This document shows positions 30,977 to 42,851 of a stretch of DNA of 64,000 nucleotides, one piece after another. Location of the stretch: the NCBI RefSeq assembly GCF_900769625.1, contig NZ_CAAGHK010000087.1, forward strand, positions 82,418 through 146,417, written 5' to 3'. Each line of letters starts with the position of its first letter. The stretch's first letter is position 1. Source of the DNA: an uncultured Clostridium sp. Its GTDB lineage: Bacteria > Bacillota > Clostridia > Clostridiales > Clostridiaceae. The translations under genes and the position numbers were made by a program. The notes beneath the pieces are model-generated. The model was not told the origin of the DNA. It did no database searches and saw nothing but the letters and a program-made list of their open reading frames with translations.

Positions 30977-31160
30977 AATCAAATTCCTTCCCTGTAATAT
31001 ATTACAAATTCAAGTACCTTCACTTAATACTTCGTAACAATATCAAGCATATCTATCAATTTATATTTATTTTAAGTAAAAAATTAAGCCTGAAGATATT
31101 TGAAATAAAATAAAAATAATATTTCAAATACTTTCAGACTCTATATCTCTGTTAATTCAA

Positions 31161-32153
31161 TTAAAACAGCTCACTTTTTTTATCTCTAATCATAAGATTA
31201 ACAATTACTTCTTTTGGATTCTGTTTTTCAAATAATACTTTATATAATCCATCAGTTATAGGCATTGATATTCCCATCTTTTCCTTCAATTGATAAAATG
31301 CCCTGCAGGCTTTAACACCTTCAACAACCATTCCTACTTCTTTTAAAGTTTCATCTAAAGACTTGCCTTTACCAATTAAAATCCCAGCTCTTCTATTTCT
31401 AGAATGCTTTGATGTACATGTTACTATCAAATCTCCCATTCCTGTAAGCCCATAAAAAGTTTCAGCTCTTCCACCTAAAGCAATACCTATTCTGCTTATT
31501 TCCTTCATACCTCTTGTCATAAGAGCGGCCTTTGTATTGTCACCATACCCCAGCCCATCGAGAATTCCTGCTGCAAGAGCTATTATATTTTTAACGGCTC
31601 CACCAATCTCCACACCTATTATATCATCATTAGTATAAATTCTTAAATTAGGAGTCATAAATAAATCCTGTACCTCAAAAGCATACTTCATGCTTTCAGA
31701 TGTACTTACAAGAGTTGTTGGAAGTTTCATCGCAATTTCTTCTGCATGACTTGGCCCAGATAAAATAACTACTGGATTATTCAATTCCTCTTTAATTACA
31801 ATTGATAATCTTTCATCACTATCCTCTTCAATTCCTTTTGCAATAGAAATTATGGGTATATCTTCTGAAATATTTTCCTTAAGGCTTCTGCACATACTTC
31901 GAATGACATGTGAAGGTACAGATAATACTACATAATCCGCACCTTCAACTGCTTCTTTTATATCTCCAACAGCTGTAACCTTATCTGGAATCATTATATT
32001 TTTGATGTACTTTTCATTCGTTCTTTTAATATTAATTTCATCAACAACAGTTTTATCTCTATTGTATATGTTAACAATATTATTTTTTTCTGCAAGCAGT
32101 ACAGCTAACGCTGTACCAAAACTTCCTCCGCCAAGAAAAGTAACTCTACTCAT
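31161..32153 (-). CDS. gpsA: NAD(P)H-dependent glycerol-3-phosphate dehydrogenase
   Basis: [39 protein letters not shown]. Confidence 0.97.
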   Translation of the reverse strand: MSRVTFLGGGSFGTALAVLLAEKNNIVNIYNRDKTVVDEINIKRTNEKYIKNIMIPDKVTAVGDIKEAVEGADYVVLSVPSHVIRSMCRSLKENISEDIPIISIAKGIEEDSDERLSIVIKEELNNPVVILSGPSHAEEIAMKLPTTLVSTSESMKYAFEVQDLFMTPNLRIYTNDDIIGVEIGGAVKNIIALAAGILDGLGYGDNTKAALMTRGMKEISRIGIALGGRAETFYGLTGMGDLIVTCTSKHSRNRRAGILIGKGKSLDETLKEVGMVVEGVKACRAFYQLKEKMGISMPITDGLYKVLFEKQNPKEVIVNLMIRDKKSELF

Positions 32154-32157
32154 CCAA

Positions 32158-33474
32158 TTATTCCTTTCTTTGCCTATACTCTATTTGTATACCAGTCCCC
32201 TTAAAATCAAAACTATCTCTTAATTGATTTTCAATGTATCTTTCATATGAGAAATGTCTTGCTTCTGCATCATTTACAAAAAATACAAACTTTGGTGGTC
32301 TTGTAGCTACCTGAGTTGCATAATAAATCTTCATTCTCTTAAGACCTACAACTGGTGGTTCTTTCATAAGAACTGCTTTACTTATTACATCATTAAGTAT
32401 TCCTGTTGAAACCCTCTTATTATAATTATCATAACATTTTTTAGCCATCTGTAAAACCTTATGAGTTCTTTGTCCTGTCAATGCAGATATAAATAGATAC
32501 TCTGCATAATTTATGAACTTAAGCTTGCTTTGTAAATCCCTCTTAAAGTTATCTAATGTCTTATCATCCTTTTCAACAAGATCCCATTTATTAACAATAA
32601 CCATAATAGCTTTTCTCATTTCATGAGCATATCCTATTATCTTTTCATCCTGCTCAGTTATTCCTTCAGTTGCATCTATCATTAATATACATACATCAGC
32701 TCTTTCAATTGCAGCATATGTTCTAACAACACTGTATCTTTCGATTTCTTCTTTTACTTTGCTCTTTCTTCTAAGACCAGCAGTATCTATTAATATGAAT
32801 TTTCCTTCTTCTGTTTCAAGTTCGCTGTCAATAGCATCTCTTGTAGTACCAGCAATTTCAGATACGATAACTCTCTCTTCACCTAAAAGTTTATTTATTA
32901 ATGATGATTTACCTACATTAGGCTTACCAATCATGGCAATTCTTACAAACTCATCTTCATCCTGTTCATATATAGAACTATCAAAGTTTTCAACTACTCT
33001 ATCAAGCATATCTCCAAGACCTAAACCTTGAGATGCTGATATAGTGATTGGGTCACCTATACCTAAGTTGTAAAATTCCCATGCATTATCTTCTTCTTTT
33101 AAAGAGTCAACTTTGTTAACTACTAAAACTACAGGCTTTTTGCTCTTTCTAAGCATTGCTGCAACTTCATGATCAGCTGCTGTTAATCCTTCTTTACCAT
33201 CAACGATAAATATGATAACGTCTGCTGTTTCTATTGCTATATTTGCCTGTCTTCTCATCTGCTGCACTATTATATCGTTTCTTTCTGGTTCGATACCACC
33301 TGTATCAATCATTGTAAATGTATGAGTAAGCCATTCAGCTTCTGCATAAACTCTATCTCTTGTAACACCTGGAGTGTCCTGAACTATAGATATTCTCTTT
33401 CCTGCTAATCTATTGAACAATGTTGATTTACCAACATTTGGTCTCCCAACCATAGCAACTATAGGTTTTGCCAT
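32158..33474 (-). CDS. der: Ribosome biogenesis GTPase Der (EngA)
   Basis: Two GTPase domains GRPNVGKS / GKPNVGKS plus KH-like C-terminus. Confidence 0.98.
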   Translation of the reverse strand: MAKPIVAMVGRPNVGKSTLFNRLAGKRISIVQDTPGVTRDRVYAEAEWLTHTFTMIDTGGIEPERNDIIVQQMRRQANIAIETADVIIFIVDGKEGLTAADHEVAAMLRKSKKPVVLVVNKVDSLKEEDNAWEFYNLGIGDPITISASQGLGLGDMLDRVVENFDSSIYEQDEDEFVRIAMIGKPNVGKSSLINKLLGEERVIVSEIAGTTRDAIDSELETEEGKFILIDTAGLRRKSKVKEEIERYSVVRTYAAIERADVCILMIDATEGITEQDEKIIGYAHEMRKAIMVIVNKWDLVEKDDKTLDNFKRDLQSKLKFINYAEYLFISALTGQRTHKVLQMAKKCYDNYNKRVSTGILNDVISKAVLMKEPPVVGLKRMKIYYATQVATRPPKFVFFVNDAEARHFSYERYIENQLRDSFDFKGTGIQIEYRQRKE

Positions 33475-34814
33475 TATTCTTCCTCCTTTTTATATTCATT
33501 AATCTTTTGAATTAAATCTTCTCCTGTAAAATCAACTACTATAACCTTCACATCCAATGCTTCTTCTATATCCTTAATTTTAGTATCATCAAGCATTATC
33601 TGCTCTGTAGAATCTGCTAATTCATATCCTTTTCTAAACATATTATTAGACATTATTAAATACTTTGTTTTAATAACACCTTTCATCTGTTCTATTATAT
33701 CAGTACCAGTCAAAAGACCAGCTATAGTAATTGTTTTCCCAAAGTAATTATTAATTATAGCATATACATCTAATTGTATGTGAGGATTTTTTTCTTTAAT
33801 CTTCTTTACCCCCTCACATATTTCTGGATATGCCAGAGTTCCTGTAACTATGGAAAAACTTCCTTTAGCATCTGCATCCAGATCTTCTAATGTATCTTCA
33901 ATTGCATCTCTGAAACATCTTATCATCCCTACACCATCTTCTATCTGGTGATAGTTATCATAAAAATCTGCATCAGGAATTGGTTTTTCTCCAACTAAGT
34001 AAAATTCATCAGATAATCTTACAAACGGTCCGCCAGTTTCCTTTATATATTGTTTTTGAAGTTCTTCAACCATCTCAATCTCACGAGCACTTTCTTCTTT
34101 TGTATATGTTCTCACATGAGCAAGGTTTTCTCTATGTTTTGTTATACCTATTGGAACTACTGCCACACTGTTTACATACGGATGAAGTGCATATAAATCC
34201 TGTATTGTACTTACTAGTTCCTCTCCATTATTGATATCAGGAATTGAAACTATCTGAGCATTCATTTCTATTCCTGCTTCAGCAAGTCTCTTCATTCTAT
34301 CAAGTATATTTCCTGCAAATCTATTATTAAGCATTTTGACTCTTAAATCAGGATTTGTTGTATGTACAGAAACATTTATAGGACTTATGTGATAATTTAT
34401 TACCCTATCTATATCTTCTTCTTTCATATTTGTTAATGTAACAAAGTTCCCTTGAAGAAAAGATAATCTTGAATCATCATCTTTAAAGTATAAGCTTTCT
34501 CTCATACCTTTTGGAAGCTGATCTATAAAACAGAAGATACATTTGTTACTGCATCTCTTTGCCTTATCAATTAATCCTCCACCAAATTCGATTCCTAAAT
34601 CTTCACCATAATCCTTTTCTATTTCGATTTCCCAGACTTCTCCGCTTTCAGCCTTTTCTATTTCAACTAAAAGCTCTTCATCATCAGCAAGAAATTTATA
34701 ATCTATTATGTCTTTTACTTCTTTTCCGTTAATGGAAATAAGTATATCATCTTTTTCAATGCCAACTTCTTCAGCAATACTTCCAGGAGTTATTTCTTTT
34801 ATAATACTTCTCAT
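33474..34814 (-). CDS. PDZ + radical-SAM-like DUF512 protein
   Basis: N-terminal [30 protein letters not shown]; conserved upstream of der. Confidence 0.88.
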   Translation of the reverse strand: MRSIIKEITPGSIAEEVGIEKDDILISINGKEVKDIIDYKFLADDEELLVEIEKAESGEVWEIEIEKDYGEDLGIEFGGGLIDKAKRCSNKCIFCFIDQLPKGMRESLYFKDDDSRLSFLQGNFVTLTNMKEEDIDRVINYHISPINVSVHTTNPDLRVKMLNNRFAGNILDRMKRLAEAGIEMNAQIVSIPDINNGEELVSTIQDLYALHPYVNSVAVVPIGITKHRENLAHVRTYTKEESAREIEMVEELQKQYIKETGGPFVRLSDEFYLVGEKPIPDADFYDNYHQIEDGVGMIRCFRDAIEDTLEDLDADAKGSFSIVTGTLAYPEICEGVKKIKEKNPHIQLDVYAIINNYFGKTITIAGLLTGTDIIEQMKGVIKTKYLIMSNNMFRKGYELADSTEQIMLDDTKIKDIEEALDVKVIVVDFTGEDLIQKINEYKKEEE

Positions 34815-34851
34815 TATGTTCACTCCTTAACTATAACATACTATCTTTGTT

Positions 34852-34880
34852 ATATTACCTTATGAAATGATTTAAGTCAA
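34852..34880 (-). promoter_or_regulatory. Sigma-A promoter of DUF512-der-gpsA
   Basis: TTGACT-N17-TAATAT. Confidence 0.55.
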
Positions 34881-35068
34881 TAAAATTGCCATTATGTTTA
34901 ATTTCTTCATAATAAAAATTTTTATCACTATATCCATTTTATATCTTTGCCAAAAAATATATTAACATTCAAAAACAAAATCCCTACACTCAAAAAGCAT
35001 AGAGATTTTTAACTTCTTACAATACTATAATATCATTTTCCTCTTTTCTTTAATAATTAACAGTCATA

Positions 35069-35731
35069 TTATTCGTTAAGGTCAACATAAACTCCATTTT
35101 TTGAAAAAATAGTCCATTCACATAAATTTGTAACATGATCTGCTATTCTTTCAAGGTATTTTACAACAAATAATAATTGTGCACCATCATTAACTAAATC
35201 CTCTTTCAACTTTATAACATTTATAATATTTTCAAATAATCCTTTATATAACTTATCAATGGTATCATCTTCTTCACAGATCTTGTATGCATAATCTGCA
35301 TCATTTTTAATATATGCATCAGTTGCATCTTTAATCATCACTCTTATTTTTTGATCCATGTCCCATAAGTTATCCAGGTTTCCATTAAATACACTTACAC
35401 TTCTGCCAATCTTCTTTGTTAATTTACAGATATCAATAGCATGATCAGCCATTCTTTCCAAGTCAGTTACTATTTTCGAAGCTGCAAAAACTCTTCTTAA
35501 ATCAGATGCTAACGGCTGCTCTGTTGCAATGAACTTAACACATTCCTCTTCAATTTTCTTCTGCATGTTATCAACGATATCATCATTTTTGATAATATCA
35601 TCGATTCTATCAATGTTATAATTTTTTAAACAGAGTATACTTTCATATAACTGCTTTTCAACTAAACTTGACATGCTAATAATATCTCTTTCAATATTTT
35701 TAACTCTCATATTTTGTAATTCTCTGCTCAT
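35069..35731 (-). CDS. phoU: Phosphate signalling protein PhoU
   Basis: QPLASDLR, DLERMADHA, YLERIADH. Confidence 0.96.
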   Translation of the reverse strand: MSRELQNMRVKNIERDIISMSSLVEKQLYESILCLKNYNIDRIDDIIKNDDIVDNMQKKIEEECVKFIATEQPLASDLRRVFAASKIVTDLERMADHAIDICKLTKKIGRSVSVFNGNLDNLWDMDQKIRVMIKDATDAYIKNDADYAYKICEEDDTIDKLYKGLFENIINVIKLKEDLVNDGAQLLFVVKYLERIADHVTNLCEWTIFSKNGVYVDLNE

Positions 35732-35749
35732 TTATTTTTCCTCCTAATT

Positions 35750-36499
35750 TTAGCCGAATCTGCCTGTAATATAATCATCTGTACGTTTGTCTCTCGGATT
35801 GTAGAATATATCCTCAGTATTTCCAAATTCCACAACTTCACCATTTAGGAAAAATGCTGTTTTATCGGCAATTCTTCCTGCCTGCTGCATATTGTGTGTA
35901 ACTATTATTACAGTATATTTCTTTTTAAGCTCATCCATAAGTTCTTCCATTTTAGAAGTAGAAATTGGGTCAAGAGCTGATGTAGGTTCATCCATCAATA
36001 TGACTTCTGGCGAAACTGCAAGTGTTCTCGCTATACATAATCTCTGCTGCTGACCGCCAGACATTCCAAGTGCACTTTCTTTTAATCTGTCCTTTGTTTC
36101 ATCCCATAGTGCTGCACCTTTTAAGCTTTTTTCAACAATTTCATCTAACTGCTTTTTGTCTTTTATCCCATGAATCTTAGGTCCATATGCTATATTATTA
36201 TAGATTGACATTGGAAATGGATTTGGTCTTTGAAATACCATGCCGATTTTCTTTCTTAAATGAATTTCATCATAATCCTTATATATATCCTTTCCTTCAT
36301 ATATTACTTCTCCATCAATTTTAACACTGTCTATCAAATCATTCATTCTGTTTATAGTTCTCAGGAAAGTAGACTTACCACATCCAGATGGTCCTATAAG
36401 TGCAGTAACCTCATTTTTATTTATACTCATATCTATGCTTTTTAGAGCCTGTTTTTCTCCATAATATAAATTTAAATTTCTTGTTTCAATAATACTCAT
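35750..36499 (-). CDS. pstB: Phosphate ABC transporter ATPase
   Basis: [36 protein letters not shown]. Confidence 0.97.
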   Translation of the reverse strand: MSIIETRNLNLYYGEKQALKSIDMSINKNEVTALIGPSGCGKSTFLRTINRMNDLIDSVKIDGEVIYEGKDIYKDYDEIHLRKKIGMVFQRPNPFPMSIYNNIAYGPKIHGIKDKKQLDEIVEKSLKGAALWDETKDRLKESALGMSGGQQQRLCIARTLAVSPEVILMDEPTSALDPISTSKMEELMDELKKKYTVIIVTHNMQQAGRIADKTAFFLNGEVVEFGNTEDIFYNPRDKRTDDYITGRFG

Positions 36500-36508
36500 A
36501 AATTCCTC

Positions 36509-37393
36509 CTACTTACTACTATAAGCTTTCATCAATTTATTTCCTGCTAATTTTGCAATAATGTTAAATAATAAAACTGCTATTATAAGTACAGCTGCTG
36601 TACCATTTGCTATTTGTACTGCATCTGGAACTATTCCTTCTGAATTAAGCTTCCAGATATGTACTGCCAATGTTTCAGCTGGTCTGAATAATGAAAAAGC
36701 TGATTTACTTCCTGTAAGACTTATTTCTGTAAAATTTAAAGCCTTTGAACTTAATCCAGCTGTATAAAGGAAAGCTGCTGCTTCACCAAATATTCTTCCT
36801 GCTGCAAGTAATATTCCTGTTATTATTTCACTCATAGCTGTTGGAAGAGTAAGTTTAACGATAGTCTGCCACTTAGTAGCTCCAAGTCCTAGTGATGCTT
36901 CCTTTACTCTTTTGCTCGCTGCTCTTATAGCATCTTCTGATATTCTTGTCATTGAAGGTATATTTAAAATACTTACTGATAATGCTCCTGCAAGTATTGA
37001 GTACCCCCATCCTGCCATATTAACAAAAACTAACAATCCAAACATACCGATTACTATAGAAGGTAATGATGACATTGTTTCAAGACACATTCTTATAAAG
37101 TTTACTATTGGTCCCTGCTTTGCATACTCACCTAAATATATACCTGCTCCGATACCTATTGGTATTGTTATTAAAAGTGATAGTATTAGCATATAAAATG
37201 AGTTAAATAATTGTGGACCAATACCTCCGCCTGCACCTGATATTTTAGGTTTTCCAAATAAAAATGATGGTCTTAACATACTTCCGCCTTTATATAATAT
37301 GTAAGCAATAAAAGCTCCAAGTAATGTTACTATAAATATACTTATTGTATAAAATACGATAGTTGCAATTTTATCCGCTTTTTTTGCATTCAT
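36509..37393 (-). CDS. pstA: Phosphate ABC transporter permease PstA
   Basis: PSIVIG.FG, EASLGLGATKWQT, RIFGEAA. Confidence 0.95.
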   Translation of the reverse strand: MNAKKADKIATIVFYTISIFIVTLLGAFIAYILYKGGSMLRPSFLFGKPKISGAGGGIGPQLFNSFYMLILSLLITIPIGIGAGIYLGEYAKQGPIVNFIRMCLETMSSLPSIVIGMFGLLVFVNMAGWGYSILAGALSVSILNIPSMTRISEDAIRAASKRVKEASLGLGATKWQTIVKLTLPTAMSEIITGILLAAGRIFGEAAAFLYTAGLSSKALNFTEISLTGSKSAFSLFRPAETLAVHIWKLNSEGIVPDAVQIANGTAAVLIIAVLLFNIIAKLAGNKLMKAYSSK

Positions 37394-38283
37394 TATCTGC
37401 TGCACCTCTTCCCAATAAATCTAACTAATAATATGAATCCGAATGATATGATTAACAGGATAAGAGCTAATGTCCATAATGCATCATTCCACATTGTTCC
37501 ACCAACTGTATTCGCCATATCCATAGTTATTACACTCGTTAATGTTGACATTGAAGAAAAAATGCTGTCAGGTATCTTTACTGTATTTCCTATTACCATC
37601 TGAACTGCCAATGCTTCTCCAAACGCTCTTGCAACTCCAAGAACAATTCCAGTTAGTATTCCCGATTTAGCTCCTGGAACTATAACCTTATAAATTGTCT
37701 GCCATCTTGTTGCTCCAAGTCCATAAGATGCTTCAATATGATCCTGTGGAATAGTTTTTATAGCATCTATACATAACGTGGCAATTGTAGGTAATACCAT
37801 TAATGAAAGAACTAAAATCCCTGAAAGCAATGAATATCCCATACCAGTAAAGTTATTTTTTATGAATGGGACTAAAACTGAAATGCCAACCCATCCATAA
37901 ACAACCGATGGTATACCAACTAAAATTTCAAGGCAAGGTTTTATAACTTTTTTGCCAAATCCCTTCGAAATGACATTTACAAATATAGCAAGACTCACTG
38001 CCACTGGTGCACTTATTACTATTGCTCCAACTGATACCAAGGTTGAGCCTACAACGAAAGCTAAAGCTCCAAAGGCAGGCTCTGCCTGACTTGGCTGCCA
38101 ATTATCCTTAAACAAGAACTTCGTTATACTATACCCATCTTCCATAAATATTTTTATCCCTTTAGATACAATGAATATAATAATTGATATTGTAATTAAA
38201 ATTATTAATACTCCACAGAATCCTGCAAATCCCTGGCCTATATATTCATTTTTCAGCCTTTCCTTAAAACTTCTTTTCTCCAT
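37393..38283 (-). CDS. pstC: Phosphate ABC transporter permease PstC
   Basis: GIPSVVYG, EASYGLGATRWQT, RAFGEALAV.MVIGN. Confidence 0.95.
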   Translation of the reverse strand: MEKRSFKERLKNEYIGQGFAGFCGVLIILITISIIIFIVSKGIKIFMEDGYSITKFLFKDNWQPSQAEPAFGALAFVVGSTLVSVGAIVISAPVAVSLAIFVNVISKGFGKKVIKPCLEILVGIPSVVYGWVGISVLVPFIKNNFTGMGYSLLSGILVLSLMVLPTIATLCIDAIKTIPQDHIEASYGLGATRWQTIYKVIVPGAKSGILTGIVLGVARAFGEALAVQMVIGNTVKIPDSIFSSMSTLTSVITMDMANTVGGTMWNDALWTLALILLIISFGFILLVRFIGKRCSR

Positions 38284-38338
38284 TTTTACTCATCCTTAAT
38301 ACAATTTATTTTTATAATGCATGCTTCTTTAAAAAATT

Positions 38339-38362
38339 TAAGTGCTCTTTTACAAGCACTTA
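38339..38362 (-). terminator. Stem-loop between pstS and pstC (partial terminator or mRNA stabiliser)
   Basis: taagtgct-8nt-agcactta followed by a T-rich run. Confidence 0.5.
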
Positions 38363-38395
38363 TAATATAGATTTACTTTAATCTCTGTAATAAAA

Positions 38396-39322
38396 CTATT
38401 TAACTTTCATTTCATTTCCTGAAATAAATCCTAAGTTTTCTACACTTTCCTTATTATCACTACCTGATATAAATTCTATAAATGCTTTTGATGCTTCATC
38501 GGCTTCGCCCTTAGTGTACATGTGTCCCCATGACCAGAAAGGATATGATCCATCACATATATTTGCTTTATCATCGCTCTTTCCATCAATCTTTACTGCT
38601 GTTAATACTTCTTTTGCTTCATCTGTATTCATGTAAGCAAGACCTAAGTAACTGATTGCACCATCATTTTGCTTCATAGCTGTTAATACTGCTCCATTTG
38701 AATCCTGCATAACACCGATTGAATCATTTTCTTTAGCTCCATCTAAAATTTTTTCTTCAAAAGTAGCTCTTGTACCTGATCCATCTTTTCTGTGAACTAC
38801 AAAGATTTCTTTGTCTGGACCTGTAGTTCCATCTGCTTTAGTTATCTGATTCCAGTTTGTTACTTTTCCCGAGAATATATCTTTGATTTGATCTTTTGTT
38901 AAATTATCTATTCCTAATGATTTACTTACTGTAACTGCAAACCCTTGCGCTACTACTTTGTGGTCAACTAATTGTTTTGCCTGATCAGCTTCTAATTTAT
39001 CTTCAGCAAATATATCTGAATTTCCTATATTAACTGTTCCATATAATACCTGAGTAAGGCCTGTTCCTGATCCACCTGCCTGTGCACTGATTTCTACATC
39101 TGGATACTTTTCATTAAATTTCTCAACTGATTGTTCCATCAATGGTAGTAATGCTGAAGATCCACTAATAGTTATAGATCCTTCTATGCTTTGTTCCTGC
39201 TTTGTGTCAACACCTTTATCTGTTGTTACTTCAGTATTGCTGCTTCCGCATCCAATCATTCCAGCCCCCATAACTGTAACTAAAAGAGCACTTGCTAATA
39301 ATTTTAAAGATTTACTTTTCAT
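38396..39322 (-). CDS. pstS: Phosphate-binding lipoprotein
   Basis: Lipobox MIGC; SGSS, GGSGTG, R..GSGTR motifs. Confidence 0.95.
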   Translation of the reverse strand: MKSKSLKLLASALLVTVMGAGMIGCGSSNTEVTTDKGVDTKQEQSIEGSITISGSSALLPLMEQSVEKFNEKYPDVEISAQAGGSGTGLTQVLYGTVNIGNSDIFAEDKLEADQAKQLVDHKVVAQGFAVTVSKSLGIDNLTKDQIKDIFSGKVTNWNQITKADGTTGPDKEIFVVHRKDGSGTRATFEEKILDGAKENDSIGVMQDSNGAVLTAMKQNDGAISYLGLAYMNTDEAKEVLTAVKIDGKSDDKANICDGSYPFWSWGHMYTKGEADEASKAFIEFISGSDNKESVENLGFISGNEMKVK

Positions 39323-39389
39323 CTTAGTTCCCCCTGATCAAAATAATTTTAAATTCATTTTCCTTACAGTTTTTATCTTATACTCTTTA

Positions 39390-39448
39390 AGTTAAAGAAT
39401 TATTAGATGTATGTTAAGTTCTATTAGAAATATGTTAAAAATATTTAA
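39390..39448 (-). promoter_or_regulatory. Pho-box array (PhoP sites) upstream of pstS
   Basis: Six YTAAYW hexamers at 10-11 bp period: TTAAAT, TTAACA, CTAATA, TTAACA, CTAATA, TTAACT. Confidence 0.7.
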
Positions 39449-39516
39449 TATATTTATTTTTTATAAATATATACTTTATTTAACATAATATAATTCCACC
39501 TAATTCCAAAACACAC

Positions 39517-39544
39517 AAAAAGCAGAAATTAATTTCTGCTTTTT
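39517..39544 (-). terminator. Terminator after phoR
   Basis: Perfect palindrome aaaaagcagaaatt/aatttctgcttttt. Confidence 0.75.
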
Positions 39545-39548
39545 AATA

Positions 39549-41237
39549 CTAAATATATGGAATTTTAATTTTAAATGTAGTTCCTTCTCCTAATGTACTC
39601 TTAACGTCAATTTCACCATTAAATATTTTAACAATATGTTTAACGATAGCAAGTCCTAATCCAGTACCACCTTTTTTCCTTGACTTATCTACTCTGTAGA
39701 ATCTTTCAAAAATACGTGATACATCCTGCTCTGGTATTCCTATTCCATTATCCTTTATTTTTAAGAAATAATATCCTGCTTCATTATAGCTTGATATTTT
39801 AACATATCCATCCTTTTCTTTTGAATACTTAACAGCATTTTCAACTAAATTTAACACAAGCTGATAGAATTTATCTCTGTCTCCTAATATACATTCACTG
39901 CTGTTATCTTCAAATTCAATGCTTACATCTCTAATTTTTGCAGTTTTTCGAATCATGTTAATAGTTTCCTCAATAACTGTTCCAGGTCTAAATTCCTCTA
40001 CATCTGTAACTAAATTGCTTTCTATATTTGATAACACTAATATATCATTTATCAGTCTTGTCAGCCTTTCGGCTTCCTTATCAATAATATCAAGAAATTT
40101 TTCTCGCGTAGCAGCATCTTCAACCATTCTTAATGTTTCAGCAAAACCTTTAATTGATGTTAAAGGAGTTTTAAGTTCATGGGATACATTAGCTACAAAC
40201 TGGCTCCTCATAAGTTCAACTCTCTTCATATCTGTTATATCCTGAAAACTTATTACCTTGCCAAGATTAGTTTTTTTATCAATCATTTCAGATTTCTTAA
40301 TTTTAATATTTCTTTCAATTGGATGAAGTATTGTTATCTCCTTATCATTTTCTTCTGTACTTAATAAAAACTCATTTATTTCATGATCTGATATATAATC
40401 AATCAGCCTTTCGCCAGCTATATTTTTCTTAATTCCAAGAAGTAATTCCGCGGAAGGATTAATTGAAATTACTTTATTTTCATTGTCTACTGCAACAATT
40501 CCGCTATCCATACTGTTAAATATAGATTCAAGCTTAGTCTGATTATCTATTACTTCCTGAATCTTATTCTGCAATTCATCAGCCATATTGTTAAAACTAC
40601 AGCTCAGAGTTCCCAGTTCATCATTACTGCTGACTACTGCCCTTATTTTATAATCGCCATTTGCCATCTTCAAGGTTACGCTTTCCAATTCCTTTACTGG
40701 TTCAACTATTTTTCTTATAAATCTCAAAGAAAGGAATATTGAAAAAACAACTGTAATTAATACAAACGGCAGATAATATTTTATCCTTTCCCTCTGCATC
40801 ATCTTTATTGTATTTATAGATATTGAACTTCTTATTATTAAATCATCATTTATTTTAGTTGCATAATAAATATAATTTAAATCCATTGTTTTGCTGTATC
40901 TGCTAACATAACCTTCACCATACATCATTGCCTGTTTTACTTCTTCCCTGTCTTTATGGTTTTCAGTAGTATTGCTGTCACTGTCATATATGACAGAACC
41001 GTCTGTTCTTATAAGTGTGAATCTTATTCTCATGTCATTTATTTGAATGTTGTCATACTGTTTCATCTTATCTTTAATTTCATTTCCAGACTGAGCTATA
41101 AGGTAATTTATACTTTTAAGAGAGTCCTTTGTACTTTTTATCTGCTCTACATTAGTAACAACCGTAAATAAGCATGTAACCAATAATATTGCTGATAAAA
41201 CTGCTATAATTACAAGACTCAATATTTTATTCTTCAT
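39549..41237 (-). CDS. phoR: Sensor histidine kinase PhoR
   Basis: Two TM, HAMP, PAS, FVANVSHELKTPLT, NAVKY, DNGIG, FERFYRVDKSR; adjacent to pst operon. Confidence 0.9.
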   Translation of the reverse strand: MKNKILSLVIIAVLSAILLVTCLFTVVTNVEQIKSTKDSLKSINYLIAQSGNEIKDKMKQYDNIQINDMRIRFTLIRTDGSVIYDSDSNTTENHKDREEVKQAMMYGEGYVSRYSKTMDLNYIYYATKINDDLIIRSSISINTIKMMQRERIKYYLPFVLITVVFSIFLSLRFIRKIVEPVKELESVTLKMANGDYKIRAVVSSNDELGTLSCSFNNMADELQNKIQEVIDNQTKLESIFNSMDSGIVAVDNENKVISINPSAELLLGIKKNIAGERLIDYISDHEINEFLLSTEENDKEITILHPIERNIKIKKSEMIDKKTNLGKVISFQDITDMKRVELMRSQFVANVSHELKTPLTSIKGFAETLRMVEDAATREKFLDIIDKEAERLTRLINDILVLSNIESNLVTDVEEFRPGTVIEETINMIRKTAKIRDVSIEFEDNSSECILGDRDKFYQLVLNLVENAVKYSKEKDGYVKISSYNEAGYYFLKIKDNGIGIPEQDVSRIFERFYRVDKSRKKGGTGLGLAIVKHIVKIFNGEIDVKSTLGEGTTFKIKIPYI

Positions 41238-41240
41238 CTT

Positions 41241-41939
41241 TTAATTCGGATTAAACCTATATCCTACTCCTCTTATAGTTTCTATGAATTTAGGATTCTT
41301 ATCATCCTCTTCAATTTTCTTTCGAAGATATCTGATATGTACATCTACAGTTCTAGTTTCTCCAATGTATTCATATCCCCATATCTTATCTAAAAGCATT
41401 TCTCTCTTAAGTATCTTCCCTTTATTTTTTATAAGTATATGCAGAAGCTCAAATTCTTTTAATGTCAGATCTACCTTTTCACCATTTACAACAACTTCAT
41501 GACGTTCAAAATCAACTTTGAGACTTTTTGATTCATAAATATCGCTTTCTTCTTCACTGACTGCCGCAGTTCTTCTCAGTACTGCTTTAACCCTTGCAAG
41601 AAGTTCTCTTACCGAAAAAGGCTTAGTTATATAATCATCAGCCCCTAATTCCAGTCCAAGTATTTTATCAAGTTCTTCACCTTTAGCAGTAAGCATTATT
41701 ATAGATATATTCTTCATATCTTTATTTTTTTTGATTTCCTTACATACATCAAATCCATCTATTCCTGGTAGCATTAAATCAAGAAGCATTAAATTTGGTT
41801 TTTCTTCGTTTGCAAGTTTTAATGCTTCAATTCCATCACAGGCTTTAAATGTTTCATATCCTGCATTTTTCAAATTGAAATCTAAAAGCTCTACTATATG
41901 CTCCTCATCATCAACTATTAATACTTTTTCCCTGCTCAT
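41241..41939 (-). CDS. phoP: OmpR-family response regulator PhoP
   Basis: Receiver DLMLP / GADDYITKPF; winged helix RTVDVHIRYLR. Confidence 0.9.
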   Translation of the reverse strand: MSREKVLIVDDEEHIVELLDFNLKNAGYETFKACDGIEALKLANEEKPNLMLLDLMLPGIDGFDVCKEIKKNKDMKNISIIMLTAKGEELDKILGLELGADDYITKPFSVRELLARVKAVLRRTAAVSEEESDIYESKSLKVDFERHEVVVNGEKVDLTLKEFELLHILIKNKGKILKREMLLDKIWGYEYIGETRTVDVHIRYLRKKIEEDDKNPKFIETIRGVGYRFNPN

Positions 41940-41951
41940 TCCATTTCCCCC

Positions 41952-42692
41952 TTAATGTAAAATAACAAAAGCAAACATTCTCCCATATGACCCTTCTGAT
42001 TTTCTATATGAATGCAGCTTGATTTTATCACAACAGTATGTGCATAAATTCAAACTATTTATATTTTCAGCTTTTATTCCTCCATCTAGCAGATCCTTTT
42101 CAATACAAGCTTCTAAATTTAAATTTCTATTGTCAAAAAGATTTTCTGGATCAATTTCTTTTTTCTTATCTAAAAACTTCTCTTTTAATTCCTCTGAAAC
42201 TTCATAGCAGCATTTTCTTATGTGTGGTCCTATAAATGCTTTTATATCTTCTCCCTTACATCCATGCTCGCTTTTCATTTTTTCAACAGTTTTTAAGGTA
42301 ATTGATTCAAAAGTTCCTCTCCATCCACTATGAATTGCTGCTGAAATTCCCCTTTTATCATCCACCAGAATAACAGGAACACAATCAGCAGTAAACACTC
42401 CTATTATCACTTCTTTTTCATCGGTAACAATGGCATCGCCTTCATTATTATTAAATTTAGCGTCATCTAATTTATAATTTAAGATAGTATCACTATGTAT
42501 CTGTTTAAGATAAGCTACATCTTTTACTTTGAATCTGTCTTTTAAAGAATTCAATTCGCAAATTCCTGCTTCAGTATTCCTGTTAAAACTCCTGCTGTTC
42601 TCTGCATTAGTGAATACAACAGTAAAATGTTCACCTTCAAACTTAAAAAAATCTTCTTCTCTAGTCATTGTCTTTAAATCTAATAATTTCAC
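41952..42692 (-). CDS. pgeF: PgeF/YfiH/YlmD family purine nucleoside phosphorylase-like protein
   Basis: QIHS, ADCVP, HSGWRG, GP.I..CCYEV, SYR. Confidence 0.9.
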   Translation of the reverse strand: MKLLDLKTMTREEDFFKFEGEHFTVVFTNAENSRSFNRNTEAGICELNSLKDRFKVKDVAYLKQIHSDTILNYKLDDAKFNNNEGDAIVTDEKEVIIGVFTADCVPVILVDDKRGISAAIHSGWRGTFESITLKTVEKMKSEHGCKGEDIKAFIGPHIRKCCYEVSEELKEKFLDKKKEIDPENLFDNRNLNLEACIEKDLLDGGIKAENINSLNLCTYCCDKIKLHSYRKSEGSYGRMFAFVILH

Positions 42693-42851
42693 TATTCTCC
42701 TCCTGCAATAATGTAACTATATGAAAATATATTTTCAACAACATATTCCCTTCTCACATAATATTAACATTATTTATCATCTTATATAATATTTTTAACC
42801 AAACTTTAACTTTGTTATAATAAAATTGTATATTCAATATCCCTGCAATCA

